Virus record (IMG/VR): IMGVR_UViG_3300023171_000010
Location: 1-64,000 of that record
Reading direction: 5' to 3' (one strand)
From: a virus
Taxonomy: Duplodnaviria > Heunggongvirae > Uroviricota > Caudoviricetes
Length of the DNA stretch: 64,000 nt
Below, piece after piece: positions 9,013-20,089 of this stretch; within the stretch, counting starts at the first letter, position 1, and the number at the start of each line of letters is the position of its first letter. Made by a program: the position numbers and the translations under genes. Under the pieces are notes generated by a model that saw only the letters and a list, made by a program, of their open reading frames with translations, was not told the DNA's origin and made no database searches.

Positions 9013-11098
9013 AACTCATACCCGTAGGTACAACACTTCCTGTAAGAGTTAGAGTATCTAGTGGTGCCATAAGATGAGCTGTTGGAGACGTGAAAGGTTT
9101 AGCCCAAGTACTGTCTCCCGGACGCCCAGCAGTGATACCCGTAAGCGTACCGCCTATAACAATAACCTCGATATATTGGCCTGTGTTATTGGTATAAGTA
9201 AATGGCAGAGAAGCTACAGCAATTGTTGTACGCCCTTTTAGTGGGTACTTGTATGCCAAAGAATCTTCATCATATAGGTTTTTCCATTCGGTTGCTGTGC
9301 CACTGTCAAAATATCCGCCAGCACCACTTGTCCAATGGTTGTATGTGACGTTTTCAATACAGTTTTTAACAGCCCCACCTTGAATTTCTATGCGTTCAAA
9401 GAAGCCGCCAGATACCTTGGAATTTCTTCCTTGTAAAATAATACTCTTAGAGGAATAGCAATTTATAAATTGAGTATGTTGACCAGCATCTGAAATATCT
9501 GCAGTTGCAGATATGTTTTCAAACCCTGTGCCAATAAAGGTATTATATCTACTTCCAGTTCCTACTACCAAGCCATAAACGCTACAACTTTCAGGGCTAC
9601 CACCAATAAAAGTGTTTTGGTCGCCCAATAGCATCCTTATGCCAATAGACAAGCCCTCAAAATAACAAGCTGTAAATACGTTGTTACTACAGTTACCAAT
9701 TGATACACCAGCTCTACGCCCCTCATCTAGCTTCAAACCCTCATAAGGCTTAGTGCTCATTGTTGAGTAGTCAGTGGAACACATTAACTTTTCAAATTTA
9801 CTGAGCATGAAACCTTTAAACGAAAATCCAATACCAGCTGTGGGCTCGGCCACACGAGCAGTAACGTTAGTCCAAGAACATCTGGCCAACCCCTGTACCT
9901 GAAAAATATTTGTTGTGGTTGAGTTACCTTCTACAGTGATATTGGTCAAGTTGCAAGCTTGTACAAAAGGATCAGAACCAGAGCCCGAAGAAAATGCATC
10001 TGCGAGGAAGGCAACACCGGAACCTGTAACTTTCAAAACAGACTGCCTATCGCTTTCTCCAATAAGACTCAGTCCACTATAGGCCATATTACCTAATGTA
10101 CTGCAAACATACACGCCTTTTGGAATATAGAGGGTGGTAGGTAGATTACTAGAAGCCCATGCCTTGGCAGCAGCAAAGCTTATGGTGTCATTTGTAGTAC
10201 CGTCCCCTTTCGCACCAAACTGTTTTAGGCTCACACCACCTCTTGTCACCAACTTCCATCTTCCTCCATCAGATGAAACAATAATTGTACCCATATTATC
10301 TACAGATGTGGTATCGCTAGGGTCCAAGAAGTACGTACCACCCCCGCCATCTCCTGCTATATAGTAACCCGAAACAAAAACTTTTGTGTGTACAAGCTTA
10401 TTAACGAGTTTAAGTTCAGAGATGCTACCTACAACATATTCTGCATGACCTTTAAAATATTGAGTGAGCGAAGTTCCGTCAAAACCAATCAGTGCTGCAC
10501 CTTTGTCTAGGTCTGAGCTATTTGAAAGGTCAGAAATCGCAGCACCTAATGTTCCAACAGAATAGACTGAAGCGGGATTATAACCTATTCTGTTTGCCCC
10601 CGGTGTACCAAGAGCCGAGGAAGAAAGATCATTTCTAAGGGTGTCTGTATAAGATTCAGAAGTTGATTGTGCAACATCCAAGTCCGATTGAGAAGCAAAG
10701 TAATCAATATTTTCATACGCTGCTGTGCCCAAGGAAGCTAATTCTAATTCTAAGGCTGTTACTCTATTATCTAATTGGGAGACATTATTAACTACTTGGG
10801 CAGACGTACCATTGAACTGATAAGCTTGACCTGTAGTCTTAATATTGAATATCAGCCATAAAGGTGTAGGTGTTGAATAATAGCTTGTGCCTACACAAAA
10901 GTACAGCCTATTATCAGTTGTAAGAAAGTAAGCCTTACCATTTGAAGCAGGGGGCAGGGCACTTACAAGACCGTCTATATTGTTATCAAACATGAAAGAA
11001 AACTTTAAAAGGTTCTCATCCATACCCGTATTCCAGCCACTCTCTCCGTAGGCCCAACCATACTTTGCTTCGAGGAAGGGAGAAGTTTTCTGTGTCAT
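8984..11098 (-). CDS. tailspike protein with pectate-lyase-like beta-helix (depolymerase candidate)
   Basis: 704 aa; QFGAKGDGTTNDT motif of Pectate_lyase_3-type beta-helix; Gly/Ser/Thr-rich repeats. Confidence 0.6.
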   Translation of the reverse strand: MTQKTSPFLEAKYGWAYGESGWNTGMDENLLKFSFMFDNNIDGLVSALPPASNGKAYFLTTDNRLYFCVGTSYYSTPTPLWLIFNIKTTGQAYQFNGTSAQVVNNVSQLDNRVTALELELASLGTAAYENIDYFASQSDLDVAQSTSESYTDTLRNDLSSSALGTPGANRIGYNPASVYSVGTLGAAISDLSNSSDLDKGAALIGFDGTSLTQYFKGHAEYVVGSISELKLVNKLVHTKVFVSGYYIAGDGGGGTYFLDPSDTTSVDNMGTIIVSSDGGRWKLVTRGGVSLKQFGAKGDGTTNDTISFAAAKAWASSNLPTTLYIPKGVYVCSTLGNMAYSGLSLIGESDRQSVLKVTGSGVAFLADAFSSGSGSDPFVQACNLTNITVEGNSTTTNIFQVQGLARCSWTNVTARVAEPTAGIGFSFKGFMLSKFEKLMCSTDYSTMSTKPYEGLKLDEGRRAGVSIGNCSNNVFTACYFEGLSIGIRMLLGDQNTFIGGSPESCSVYGLVVGTGSRYNTFIGTGFENISATADISDAGQHTQFINCYSSKSIILQGRNSKVSGGFFERIEIQGGAVKNCIENVTYNHWTSGAGGYFDSGTATEWKNLYDEDSLAYKYPLKGRTTIAVASLPFTYTNNTGQYIEVIVIGGTLTGITAGRPGDSTWAKPFTSPTAHLMAPLDTLTLTGSVVPTGMSYVAHNGFQG

Positions 11099-11198
11099 TT
11101 GACCACCTATGGGGTAACGATAAGTTTATTTGTATACGGAAGGCCGAATTTATATGAGTGCAAAATATCATAGCCAAGGTTATAATAAACTTTAATAA

Positions 11199-12068
11199 TT
11201 AATTACCTATGGAGATAATGAAGAACCCTGTGGTGCCGGTCCCACTTGATCTATAAGCCCTAAATTGAGTAGTACTAAAAGATTCTACTGAAATCATCTC
11301 TCCAGCAGGCACAGCCCCCACACCATCTGAACCAATAGTCAGAAAACTGTTGTTAGGGAATGCTGTTGGGAAACTGTAGAATTGAGCAGAAGAAGTTACA
11401 CTGATGGTATAAAACCCCCACTGTATGATTAAACCTCCAGGAATTTTTTGGTAACCATTTGCTGCAAGGGATTGATTAGTACCTTGAAAGGCTTCTGCCA
11501 GTTTTAACGCAGAAATTAGGGTTGTATTACTTGTTTGTTGTTGGGCTTGGAGTGTAGTTGCCACAGCCGTTTTAGCATCAACCTCTGTTTTAGTATATGT
11601 CTGAGCTTGGGAATATACAGATAAATTTGAACGAGCTGTTGCAGGGTTAGTAAGATCAGAAAGGTTTGCAGATTTCTGAAGATATCTTGCATCACTTTGT
11701 GTTTGAGTATAGAAATCACTTACGTTAGCAAAAGCAATTTCCCAGTAAGTGTCAGTGGTATCTGTCACTGGATTTTGGTTAATACTTACTTGCTTTGCCC
11801 GATAAATAGTGCCATCAGAACCCATGCAGATTGACTTGGTGCCACTCACACTATATTGATATTCTGTAGTATTGTCCCACACAGCAATGCCGTGTTGGTT
11901 AATATGGGCAATAGCTTGGTCTTGTTTATTATCAATGTAATTAAACCACTGACGGGGCGGAATCTCAACGGCCCAGCCGGTACTGATTTTACTGTCAGAT
12001 GGGGCCAAGACATCTCCAGCTGAAGCCCAAATTTTGTTAATGTCAGAAGGCTTGTTAATCTCGGCCAT
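11199..12068 (-). CDS. tail fiber protein
   Basis: 289 aa, Ser/Thr/Gln-rich fibrous composition, adjacent to tailspike and baseplate genes. Confidence 0.5.
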   Translation of the reverse strand: MAEINKPSDINKIWASAGDVLAPSDSKISTGWAVEIPPRQWFNYIDNKQDQAIAHINQHGIAVWDNTTEYQYSVSGTKSICMGSDGTIYRAKQVSINQNPVTDTTDTYWEIAFANVSDFYTQTQSDARYLQKSANLSDLTNPATARSNLSVYSQAQTYTKTEVDAKTAVATTLQAQQQTSNTTLISALKLAEAFQGTNQSLAANGYQKIPGGLIIQWGFYTISVTSSAQFYSFPTAFPNNSFLTIGSDGVGAVPAGEMISVESFSTTQFRAYRSSGTGTTGFFIISIGN

Positions 12069-12145
12069 GTCTATATTTTCCTTTACAAGAATTGATGAGT
12101 ATATTATAGTTCCTTCTGTACCTAAATTTTAATCGAGGATATACA

Positions 12146-12760
12146 GTGAAACTTAGAAAAAGAAACAGATTGGTTGCAGGTGTGGGTGTCAATGATGCAG
12201 ACTACAACGTGTATGAGTACGGAATAGTAAATGGTAAAAAGAAAGCAATATGGTCGTGCCCATTTTACGTAACTTGGAAAAGTATGCTAGTAAGATGCTA
12301 TTATGGTAAATACCAAGACATGTTTCCAACTTATATTGGATGTTCAGTCATATCGGAGTGGCACTTATTTTCAACCTTCAAAACTTGGATGCAGACTCAA
12401 GATTGGGAATCAAAACATCTTGACAAGGATATTCTAGTTAAAGCTAACAAATTATACAGCCCTGAAACTTGTGTTTTCGTTGATGCAAGAGTTAATACTT
12501 TTCTTGCGGAAAACAATGCTGTTCGTGGTCAGCAGCCTATCGGAGTATCTTTTCACAAGAGAGACAAAAAATATGTGGCTAAATGTTGTCCTATTGAAAA
12601 AGGAAAACCTAGGCATTTGGGCTATTTTGACACAGCCGAAGAAACCCATGCAGCATGGTTAGCATTCAAACTAGAGCAAGCTAAGATATTGGCATCTGAG
12701 CAACCAGATCAAAGAGTTGCTAAAGCTTTGATTGAACGCTATGAGAACTACACTTACTAA
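12146..12760 (+). CDS. freestanding homing-endonuclease-like protein (AP2-type C-terminal domain)
   Basis: Opposite strand inside the tail operon; homologous to ORF 57262-57921; C-terminal HLGYFDTAEETHAAW resembles an AP2 domain. Confidence 0.4.
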   Translation: MKLRKRNRLVAGVGVNDADYNVYEYGIVNGKKKAIWSCPFYVTWKSMLVRCYYGKYQDMFPTYIGCSVISEWHLFSTFKTWMQTQDWESKHLDKDILVKANKLYSPETCVFVDARVNTFLAENNAVRGQQPIGVSFHKRDKKYVAKCCPIEKGKPRHLGYFDTAEETHAAWLAFKLEQAKILASEQPDQRVAKALIERYENYTY

Positions 12761-12783
12761 GCCCCGTTAGGGGCTTTTCTCTC

Positions 12784-13584
12784 TTAAATTTGGTAGAGGC
12801 TAGCGAAATATCCACCAGAAACTGTAGTGTAGTCACTCTCTCCGTAGTTTAAACCATAACCAAGTCCCCAGCCGTAGCTGCCTGTAAATTCCCCAAAACC
12901 CTTGGCGCCTGGTACTCCGTCAAAACCAAAGAAATTATCTCCATTATATTCTCCAAAGTTTATTCTCACACCCACTGTCTTTGGAATAAGTCTTGATGGA
13001 TAACCCGGTTCATTACTGATATAGAAGAGGAGCGCTCTTTCAAAGTCAGTCAAGGCTCTGGATAACAATACAGTAATAGAGGCGTCTCCCTCTTCTGTTA
13101 ATACTGTCGTATCAGTCCCAAAAACAAGGTTAAGTACTGCAAGGAATTCTTCTGGTGTAGATGACGTGGTGTTTTTAAAGATCTTAGCTTTAATGAAGAG
13201 TCTGTAGGTAGCGTCATCTAGTTCGATATTACCCCCAAGGGGTTTACCAAAATCGTAAAACATCCCACCTACAGATGGGTTGCCAACTTCACCAAAACTT
13301 GATGCTTTGGTTGCACCTTGAAATCCAAAGAAGTCGTAGAAGTCAGCATTCAGCAAGATACGTTCTTGACCAACAATCCTACCAATCACATCGAGTTGAG
13401 CACCAGTAGCAGTATCAAGGCTTCTAAGCTGCATCAAATCTTTGAATACTTTTTGTATTTCTACTTGAGCGTTGATAAGGAGTTGAAGATATTTATCAAA
13501 AACTTCCTTTCCTACGAACTGCTCCGTCACTCGTTCACGAGCTTCAGAAAGATAGTCGATTTCTTCAAAAGGCGTGATAGCCAT
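12784..13584 (-). CDS. baseplate protein (DUF2612 / XkdU-like)
   Basis: Follows baseplate J-like gene in PBSX-like order; MAITPFEEIDYLSEARE N-terminus recalled for the family. Confidence 0.45.
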   Translation of the reverse strand: MAITPFEEIDYLSEARERVTEQFVGKEVFDKYLQLLINAQVEIQKVFKDLMQLRSLDTATGAQLDVIGRIVGQERILLNADFYDFFGFQGATKASSFGEVGNPSVGGMFYDFGKPLGGNIELDDATYRLFIKAKIFKNTTSSTPEEFLAVLNLVFGTDTTVLTEEGDASITVLLSRALTDFERALLFYISNEPGYPSRLIPKTVGVRINFGEYNGDNFFGFDGVPGAKGFGEFTGSYGWGLGYGLNYGESDYTTVSGGYFASLYQI

Positions 13585-13594
13585 ATATCACTCC

Positions 13595-15037
13595 TTATGT
13601 ATTGATAATAATGTTGTCTGAAGACAGTGAAGCAATCATATCGAAAGCTACCGGAATACTGTCAGTACTTGTAGGGCTTGCGGATGTACCAATAAACAAG
13701 CTATCAATTTCATGACCTTTTACAGTATTGATTGGGGTAAATAATCTACTCCAAATAACATCATCACCAATACCAAGATTACTATCAAAGTATGCAATTA
13801 ATGCTGATTTGATATCGTCAACACCCGTACCTGGGAATTCACTATCAGTAGTGAGGTTGATCGTAATATAAACAGGTAGTGGATCAGGTCTTTCAAAACC
13901 AATATTATGAGAAAACCCTTGAGTATCGAAGATAACTACAACTGTATCACCGTAGCTTCTGATGCCCATTGGTTTATTTTCCCAAATGGTATTTGCAATA
14001 TCAATACTTACACCACCAAGAACAATCGGCATAAAGCTGTGTGCAGGAACACCAAACGCATCTACAACATCTGTATCATTCTCGTAGATTCTTACTTCCT
14101 CAACACCTTCAAGATTAATCAATGCCGAGTATAAAGCTTCAAGAATATTAGAGGCCCGTTCAAACTTAGTCTCTCTAAACCTTAAGCGAAGTTCCTCATC
14201 TGTTTCGAGATTTCTGCCGGGACTTGCAGCTTGGGGGTTTGTAACGCTGTCCCAACCAAGCTGGGGGGTAAGAATAACATTCAGTGTATTAGCTTCGGCG
14301 TTAACTTCGCCCACTGCACTACTCTGAACTTCACCAAGCTTTTGTACTTTAGTGATTCCAATATTAGGGGTAACAGTGAAAGTTACAGCAGAGAATTCAT
14401 CAACACGACTAATTTTAAGAGACGTACCCTCAATGCTGCTAACAAGACTAGGGTGGCTTGCAATAATTACAGCATTCAATCCAGCAACAATCTCAGCAGC
14501 TGTAGCAGAGGAGTCACTGGTAAAATTGATTGTGTTAGATGTAGTAATAGATGTATAAGTTATGCTATAAACTGTGGTGTTAGAGACCGTTACAGGAGTA
14601 ACCGTAACACCGACAGCTTGAGAAGGAGAAAGCGCTACAGGAGAGAGAATAGTCCACTGACTACTGTCAATTGAGCTGCCTACAGTGGGCCCTGATGACA
14701 CCAGAGTACCATTATCCCCTGAGATGATCACTTGTGCTGTTGAATAGGTCTGTTCTTGTCTGGTGATGCCACCAAGGGCTACAAGGTTATCCAGAGCAAT
14801 ACCCGTTGCAGAATTAGGATCAAATGCCTGATAATCCGCTTGTGCTACTTCCCACAAATCTGCTAAACTCGGACTCACAAGCGCTACAAGCCTACCCAGA
14901 GCTGAGCTATTGGATGTGTCGACCTGATCACCGGGTTCAACTAAATCTTGAAATAAAGAGGTAGCTTCAGCTCGTAAGTCTGAAAGTATCTCTGTCATTC
15001 TTTTAATTGTAAAGCCTTGGTCAGAAATACCCGCCAT
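13595..15037 (-). CDS. baseplate J-like protein (gp47/XkdT-like) with inserted Ig-like domain
   Basis: 480 aa at the baseplate J position; carries a ~60-aa module shared with the sheath protein. Confidence 0.55.
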   Translation of the reverse strand: MAGISDQGFTIKRMTEILSDLRAEATSLFQDLVEPGDQVDTSNSSALGRLVALVSPSLADLWEVAQADYQAFDPNSATGIALDNLVALGGITRQEQTYSTAQVIISGDNGTLVSSGPTVGSSIDSSQWTILSPVALSPSQAVGVTVTPVTVSNTTVYSITYTSITTSNTINFTSDSSATAAEIVAGLNAVIIASHPSLVSSIEGTSLKISRVDEFSAVTFTVTPNIGITKVQKLGEVQSSAVGEVNAEANTLNVILTPQLGWDSVTNPQAASPGRNLETDEELRLRFRETKFERASNILEALYSALINLEGVEEVRIYENDTDVVDAFGVPAHSFMPIVLGGVSIDIANTIWENKPMGIRSYGDTVVVIFDTQGFSHNIGFERPDPLPVYITINLTTDSEFPGTGVDDIKSALIAYFDSNLGIGDDVIWSRLFTPINTVKGHEIDSLFIGTSASPTSTDSIPVAFDMIASLSSDNIIINT

Positions 15038-15046
15038 TTTATTTCC

Positions 15047-15421
15047 TTAATTTACAGGGTTGACTATAATAGGAGATGTAATTTCTCCTGTAACAACCTT
15101 CACCTTAAAATTAAGTGAATATTGTCTGTTTTGAAAAGTGGAATCAAAGCTTACGATTTCTTTAACTCCGGGCTCTGCTAAGATTTGTTGTTGAAAGATA
15201 AGATCAATAGCAGACTTAGAGGTTTGCTTGATACCTAACAATCTTTGCCAATACGGAACGCCATATGTTGTATCAAGAAACCATTCACCCATGAATGTGA
15301 GAAGTCTAATCTTCAACCTTTGACCTACTGTTTGTGTATAAGGTTGAGTTGTGTAATCTTTGGTTAGAGGACCATTGTTCCAGAGAATGTCATGCTCAAG
15401 AGGGTCTAATTTGAAATCCAC
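15047..15421 (-). CDS. baseplate wedge protein (gp25/GPW/XkdS-like)
   Basis: 124 aa immediately upstream of baseplate J. Confidence 0.45.
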   Translation of the reverse strand: MDFKLDPLEHDILWNNGPLTKDYTTQPYTQTVGQRLKIRLLTFMGEWFLDTTYGVPYWQRLLGIKQTSKSAIDLIFQQQILAEPGVKEIVSFDSTFQNRQYSLNFKVKVVTGEITSPIIVNPVN

Positions 15422-15432
15422 TATTTATCACC

Positions 15433-16209
15433 TTAAGTTGTTGGAGTGCCTGAAGTACCACTTCCTGGGGTTACTCCCAGATGTTTGTGTGTCGAAAATG
15501 GAATTCCATTAAAGGTTGCAACACCGGTAATTGTATAGTTACCAATCTGTACAAGATTTCCTTGGAGATTGATGTTTCCTATCCATTGGGTACTTTGAGC
15601 ATCCACAACCATTGAAGGGGTGTTGAGATTAATGCTTTCAGAAGCATTAATAGTTGCTTGTGAACAATTAATAACCACGGGTTGATTCGATGTATTTATT
15701 TCAATACTACCATCAATTTTCAACCTAACTTCACTTTCAGCACCACCTAGATTAGCGAACATCACAGTGTCTTTAGTGTCGTGTGTTAGGACGTGCTTTG
15801 CTGGATTATTTACAGCCATTCCTGGGGGTTGGATTCCAGGGAGGAAAATAGCATCCCCTTTATCCATCTTAGCAAAGTTTGCCGGGGTGGACGGTCTACC
15901 ATTACCAGATTTCCAAGCATCCATATTTCTCATTGAGAATAAGGCTGTGCCTGTATCACCAACTTCAATAGGGAAAGTAAAACCAGATTTTTTAGATACT
16001 TGGAAAGCTACTGGTACACCCAAGATTGGGGGGCGTTCTTTTACAGTACCATCTTGGTACTTTTGATTAATGGTGGGTTGAATATCAACCATCTGCCCAT
16101 TCAGACCATCTCTTATACCAACAACAATACATGGGAGAATTGTATGTACATTCTGCATCTGGCTTTGGAAAGAAGATACTAGTACATCTTGAATAGCTTC
16201 TGCTGTCAC
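15433..16209 (-). CDS. baseplate spike/assembly protein (gpV/XkdR-like)
   Basis: 258 aa, position in baseplate module. Confidence 0.4.
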   Translation of the reverse strand: MTAEAIQDVLVSSFQSQMQNVHTILPCIVVGIRDGLNGQMVDIQPTINQKYQDGTVKERPPILGVPVAFQVSKKSGFTFPIEVGDTGTALFSMRNMDAWKSGNGRPSTPANFAKMDKGDAIFLPGIQPPGMAVNNPAKHVLTHDTKDTVMFANLGGAESEVRLKIDGSIEINTSNQPVVINCSQATINASESINLNTPSMVVDAQSTQWIGNINLQGNLVQIGNYTITGVATFNGIPFSTHKHLGVTPGSGTSGTPTT

Positions 16210-16219
16210 TTTAAACTCC

Positions 16220-17116
16220 TCAAGATTTTATAACCTTCTCTAAGCTGGATGCTTTGATTTCAGTGTACCAGCCTGGACTTCTCCAACCACCTGTGTGTCT
16301 GAGCGAGTCAACCCTAAGCCACCCAGTAATTAAGGTGTCTTCAAGACGAATAATATCTCCAGCCTTAATATCAGGATTGAGCAAAATCTTCATCTGAATA
16401 CCGGGTTTTTTAGCTTTATCTTTTTTAGACCTTTGTCTGTCACCAGACACCCTATAGGCACTATCTACCAGGCCTGTATATTTAGATATTACATATGCTT
16501 CTTGGAAGTTTTCAGTTGTAGCTCTGTCATTGTTGTGCACATAGAGAGTATCATCATCAATTTGCCAATCTAAGGCATATTTATTCGATAGCTCGTCCAA
16601 CATTTCTTTAGGAGTACCCATCAGAGGGTATCCATAGAGAATTTCATTATTTAGGTTAGTGCCATTATAAACACCACGAGAGACACCCGGAAGTGCTTGT
16701 CTCAAGGTCTCAGCAACCTCTCTCACAGTTTGCCCCGGAGCAACAATACTAGACAAAACTTGGTGATTAATCTCAGTATAACCTGCTCCAAGAGTGATCT
16801 GGGTAACTCTATCAGTCCCAGATTTACGTGTACTTACGTGAGTAACTTGACCACCAAATAATCTCTTTGGCCCACCAGTGTCTAGGTATCCAGCAGAAAA
16901 CACAGCAGCTGGATAATCTGTATCCAAAACTTTAAGGTGTTCTATTGATAGGTTTGTAACTTCAATAGATGCCGAGTTAGTACGTTTCTTATTGTCTGTA
17001 CTTTTACTGATATCAAACTGAACCTGAAGATCTGTAATCCTAAGACCATCACCAGTTTGGTAGTCACCTATGATTAGCTCATATTGACGATTTGATTGTC
17101 TTAGATTTAGGTCCAT
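16220..17116 (-). CDS. baseplate hub protein (late control D / XkdQ-like)
   Basis: 298 aa, position between tape measure and spike. Confidence 0.4.
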   Translation of the reverse strand: MDLNLRQSNRQYELIIGDYQTGDGLRITDLQVQFDISKSTDNKKRTNSASIEVTNLSIEHLKVLDTDYPAAVFSAGYLDTGGPKRLFGGQVTHVSTRKSGTDRVTQITLGAGYTEINHQVLSSIVAPGQTVREVAETLRQALPGVSRGVYNGTNLNNEILYGYPLMGTPKEMLDELSNKYALDWQIDDDTLYVHNNDRATTENFQEAYVISKYTGLVDSAYRVSGDRQRSKKDKAKKPGIQMKILLNPDIKAGDIIRLEDTLITGWLRVDSLRHTGGWRSPGWYTEIKASSLEKVIKS

Positions 17117-17121
17117 TTAAT

Positions 17122-17451
17122 TTACTCTGAATACAGATAATAGAGATTGTAGTACTGATCTAAAGAATCTGGATAGGCTTTATAAGGTTCTGAAATAATA
17201 TCCGCCTTCTCCTCCATCCAAAAGAATCCTGTAAGAGGAAAGATAGCATAGTCTTTAAATATAGGATAGTTTGGAACTAAAGCCTCACCAACAACAATTG
17301 GATTACTCTCAGAATCAAAAAGGCTTAATGAATAGAGTTGAGTTCTCTCATTATAGATAAACTCCAGAATATAAGAGCTACCTTGCAAAGCAATTGGATA
17401 AGAGTAGTAAGGATCAGCAAACAAGGGCAATGAAATATATTTATCAACCAT
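17122..17451 (-). CDS. hypothetical tail protein
   Basis: 109-aa ORF in the tail operon. Confidence 0.3.
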   Translation of the reverse strand: MVDKYISLPLFADPYYSYPIALQGSSYILEFIYNERTQLYSLSLFDSESNPIVVGEALVPNYPIFKDYAIFPLTGFFWMEEKADIISEPYKAYPDSLDQYYNLYYLYSE

Positions 17452-18241
17452 TTTCTCTTGCCTGCCTTAATGGGTCTGTGTCTTTAGGGGCATTACTTCC
17501 TGCGTCAGCACCATCAACATTTTGTGGGGTGCTATCTTGTTTACCTTTAGAAGACTTATCTGAAGCTTTCTTTTTCAAAGAGTTTGTAATATCTTTAGGG
17601 ATCGTTGTCTTCTTCAAGAAAGCAAAAGTGATCTGCTCAAAAGTCATATCACAATACAAACCATAACCCGTATTAGGATCTTCCTTGAAGATAAGATTAG
17701 TCATCACTAAGTTATTAATAACTTTACGGAGTAATGTCTTATCGTATTCGAACAACCTTACAATTTGAATATTAGGGTCAAATTGTCCAGTCTTTTCATT
17801 AAATAGTACACCAGAAGTCAAGTCAACTAATGCTTGTCTAATTTGTTCAAGTAAGTCTGTACGTCTACTATCAACCACAACTTCTGGTGTACTATCGGAT
17901 AGAAATTGTCCGATGCTATCAGGGATAAACTTTTTAAGTACGCTTTGATCAGTGGAGTTAACTGAGACAGCAGTAGGAGCTTCCTGACTATTAAAAGGTG
18001 CATTGCCAACCAAATCTTGAATAAGGTAAGTTCCTGTAGAAATATCCACACCCGTAATAATAGCACTAATAGTAATCTTATTGTTATCTTTAACAAAGTG
18101 ATCAGAAATATTAGCACCACCATCTACAGGATGTGATGTAACTTTACCTGAATAATTTTGAGTGTAGGCGGTGACAGAGTCCATATAGATAAAGCCACCA
18201 CCTTCCTCATTATCATTCCCCCAACGTAGGGCTAAAGACAT
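17444..18241 (-). CDS. tail/baseplate protein (XkdP-position)
   Basis: 265 aa directly downstream of tape measure. Confidence 0.35.
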   Translation of the reverse strand: MSLALRWGNDNEEGGGFIYMDSVTAYTQNYSGKVTSHPVDGGANISDHFVKDNNKITISAIITGVDISTGTYLIQDLVGNAPFNSQEAPTAVSVNSTDQSVLKKFIPDSIGQFLSDSTPEVVVDSRRTDLLEQIRQALVDLTSGVLFNEKTGQFDPNIQIVRLFEYDKTLLRKVINNLVMTNLIFKEDPNTGYGLYCDMTFEQITFAFLKKTTIPKDITNSLKKKASDKSSKGKQDSTPQNVDGADAGSNAPKDTDPLRQARENG

Positions 18242-18242
18242 A

Positions 18243-20075
18243 TTATTCTCCTACTGGGAAATTTACGTTAACCTGTTCAAACATGGTTACAAGCCTATTA
18301 CCAAGGTCTTCAGCTTGAGCTGCAACATCCATATTTGCCATAGTGATAGGGTCAATACTAATCTGCAAACTTACTGAAGTAGTTAAAGGCTGAGATTTTT
18401 GTTGGTTTGCAAGATCTGCCAACATGTTTTTCAGGTTGTCATCATAATCTGAAGGATTTTTATAGAAAGCAGAGTCAGGATTATCGTAAACGGCGTTCCC
18501 TCTCTCTGTAGCTCTTCCAAAAGCATCACTAGCACCACCAAAGAATTTTCCAAGAGTTTGGTAAGTTGCTGTAATAGGTCTGTCAATGAAACTTACATCT
18601 TGCTCTTGATTTGGTGAGGCAATTAAATTATTCTTCCACTTCTGAAACTCTGCAATCTGATTCATAATCATCGCAATTTCACGAGCTGTAGCTTCTAGTG
18701 TGGGTAAGAAGTCGAACTTAATTGTACCTATACTTGTAAAAATGCTTTGAATTGTTTTCCAATCAGAAATTAGTTGTGATGTTTTATCAATACCCAGCCA
18801 ATCTGCTACAAGACTGTCTTTGCCTTCAAGAGCCCTGATGAAAGATTGAGGGAAAAGAAGTAAGTCATCAGCAAATTTGGTAGCCTCGTTGAAGCCTTCC
18901 GACAGAGTCCTTACCAAACCTCCACTCTCACTTAAACCTGCTGAAAGGGTTCTAAATATCCTAGCAAAACCCTCTTCAACGCCAGAACTTGAAGCAATTA
19001 CAGCAAGATCTGTAAGTCTATTCTGATATCTTGCTTGCTCTGCTTGAGATGCTTGAGATGCTGAAGCTAAACCCGGTGCTGCCCTTTGAGATGCTACATC
19101 TCCAGCATAAGTAAGGATATCCCCCTTGACTTTCCTGTCTTTCATAGCGGCTAACAGTTCAGTGATTGCAGCCTGACCTGTCTTACCACCGCCAGCACCT
19201 GTTGCCTTTAATTTATTTTGATAGGCTTCGGCGAAAATGCTTACAGCACCCGGCAGACTTTCTGCCAGCTGGCCTGTTAACTCTTCGCTCATCAACTGGT
19301 TCTTACCAGCAACTTGACTTAGTGCTCTATATACACGATTCTGGGCTGTTCTGTCTAATTTATTTACACGGGATAACTCAGAGAAACCTTTGAAAACTCC
19401 TTGACCTTGTTGTACGCTCATACCAGCGCCTGTGAGGCCTGACAAAAGTTTATTGTAGTCAGGAGAAGCGTCTAAGTAATTAAAGCCAATACGCTGACCT
19501 TCTTTACGGAGCCATTCGAATGATTGATTTCCCTGTTCAGCTGTACCACCGGCCTGCTGAACTACAGCCTGTGACTGAAGTTGCGCACTCACTACTTGTT
19601 GGTTTCTTTGATTCAGGGCACCGAGGCCATAACCGCCCAGACCTAGGGCCAGTGCTGGTCCATATAGTCTAGAAATCCCTCCCGCAATCCCTCCAGCAAC
19701 AGCAGCATGTCTTCCAGTGACACCAGCGCCTTGTGCGTGTACGTTAGGCCTAATTGTAGCTGATTGACTTGCTACACGACTGGCTTGTGTCGTTGCAGCA
19801 GTCATGGCCCTATTCAAATGGGCTTGGTCAACAACAAACCTTGAGATTTGGAAAGTAGTTCTAGCAGAGGCGATATCTAGTGCTGTACCAAGAGCTAAGT
19901 TTAAGCGTCTTTGGTCAACATCAAATTTACCCAATGAAAGAGTAATAGGTTTATTGGCAATATTACCAAAAGACTTAAGTCTTGCTTCAAGTCTGTTAAG
20001 TACCTTATCTACTCTTTTAACAGACGCTTTATCAATATCAAAACCTAGACTAGCGAAGTATTTACTAATTTGCAA
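18243..20075 (-). CDS. tail tape measure protein
   Basis: 610 aa, Ala/Gly/Gln-rich helical, downstream of chaperone pair; probable TTG start. Confidence 0.6.
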   Translation of the reverse strand: MQISKYFASLGFDIDKASVKRVDKVLNRLEARLKSFGNIANKPITLSLGKFDVDQRRLNLALGTALDIASARTTFQISRFVVDQAHLNRAMTAATTQASRVASQSATIRPNVHAQGAGVTGRHAAVAGGIAGGISRLYGPALALGLGGYGLGALNQRNQQVVSAQLQSQAVVQQAGGTAEQGNQSFEWLRKEGQRIGFNYLDASPDYNKLLSGLTGAGMSVQQGQGVFKGFSELSRVNKLDRTAQNRVYRALSQVAGKNQLMSEELTGQLAESLPGAVSIFAEAYQNKLKATGAGGGKTGQAAITELLAAMKDRKVKGDILTYAGDVASQRAAPGLASASQASQAEQARYQNRLTDLAVIASSSGVEEGFARIFRTLSAGLSESGGLVRTLSEGFNEATKFADDLLLFPQSFIRALEGKDSLVADWLGIDKTSQLISDWKTIQSIFTSIGTIKFDFLPTLEATAREIAMIMNQIAEFQKWKNNLIASPNQEQDVSFIDRPITATYQTLGKFFGGASDAFGRATERGNAVYDNPDSAFYKNPSDYDDNLKNMLADLANQQKSQPLTTSVSLQISIDPITMANMDVAAQAEDLGNRLVTMFEQVNVNFPVGE

Positions 20076-20089
20076 TGTTCATTACTCCG

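Noticed and set aside
14231-14674. 147-aa + strand ORF inside the baseplate J gene
   Set aside because: Antisense shadow ORF with Arg/Ser/Asn low-complexity composition.
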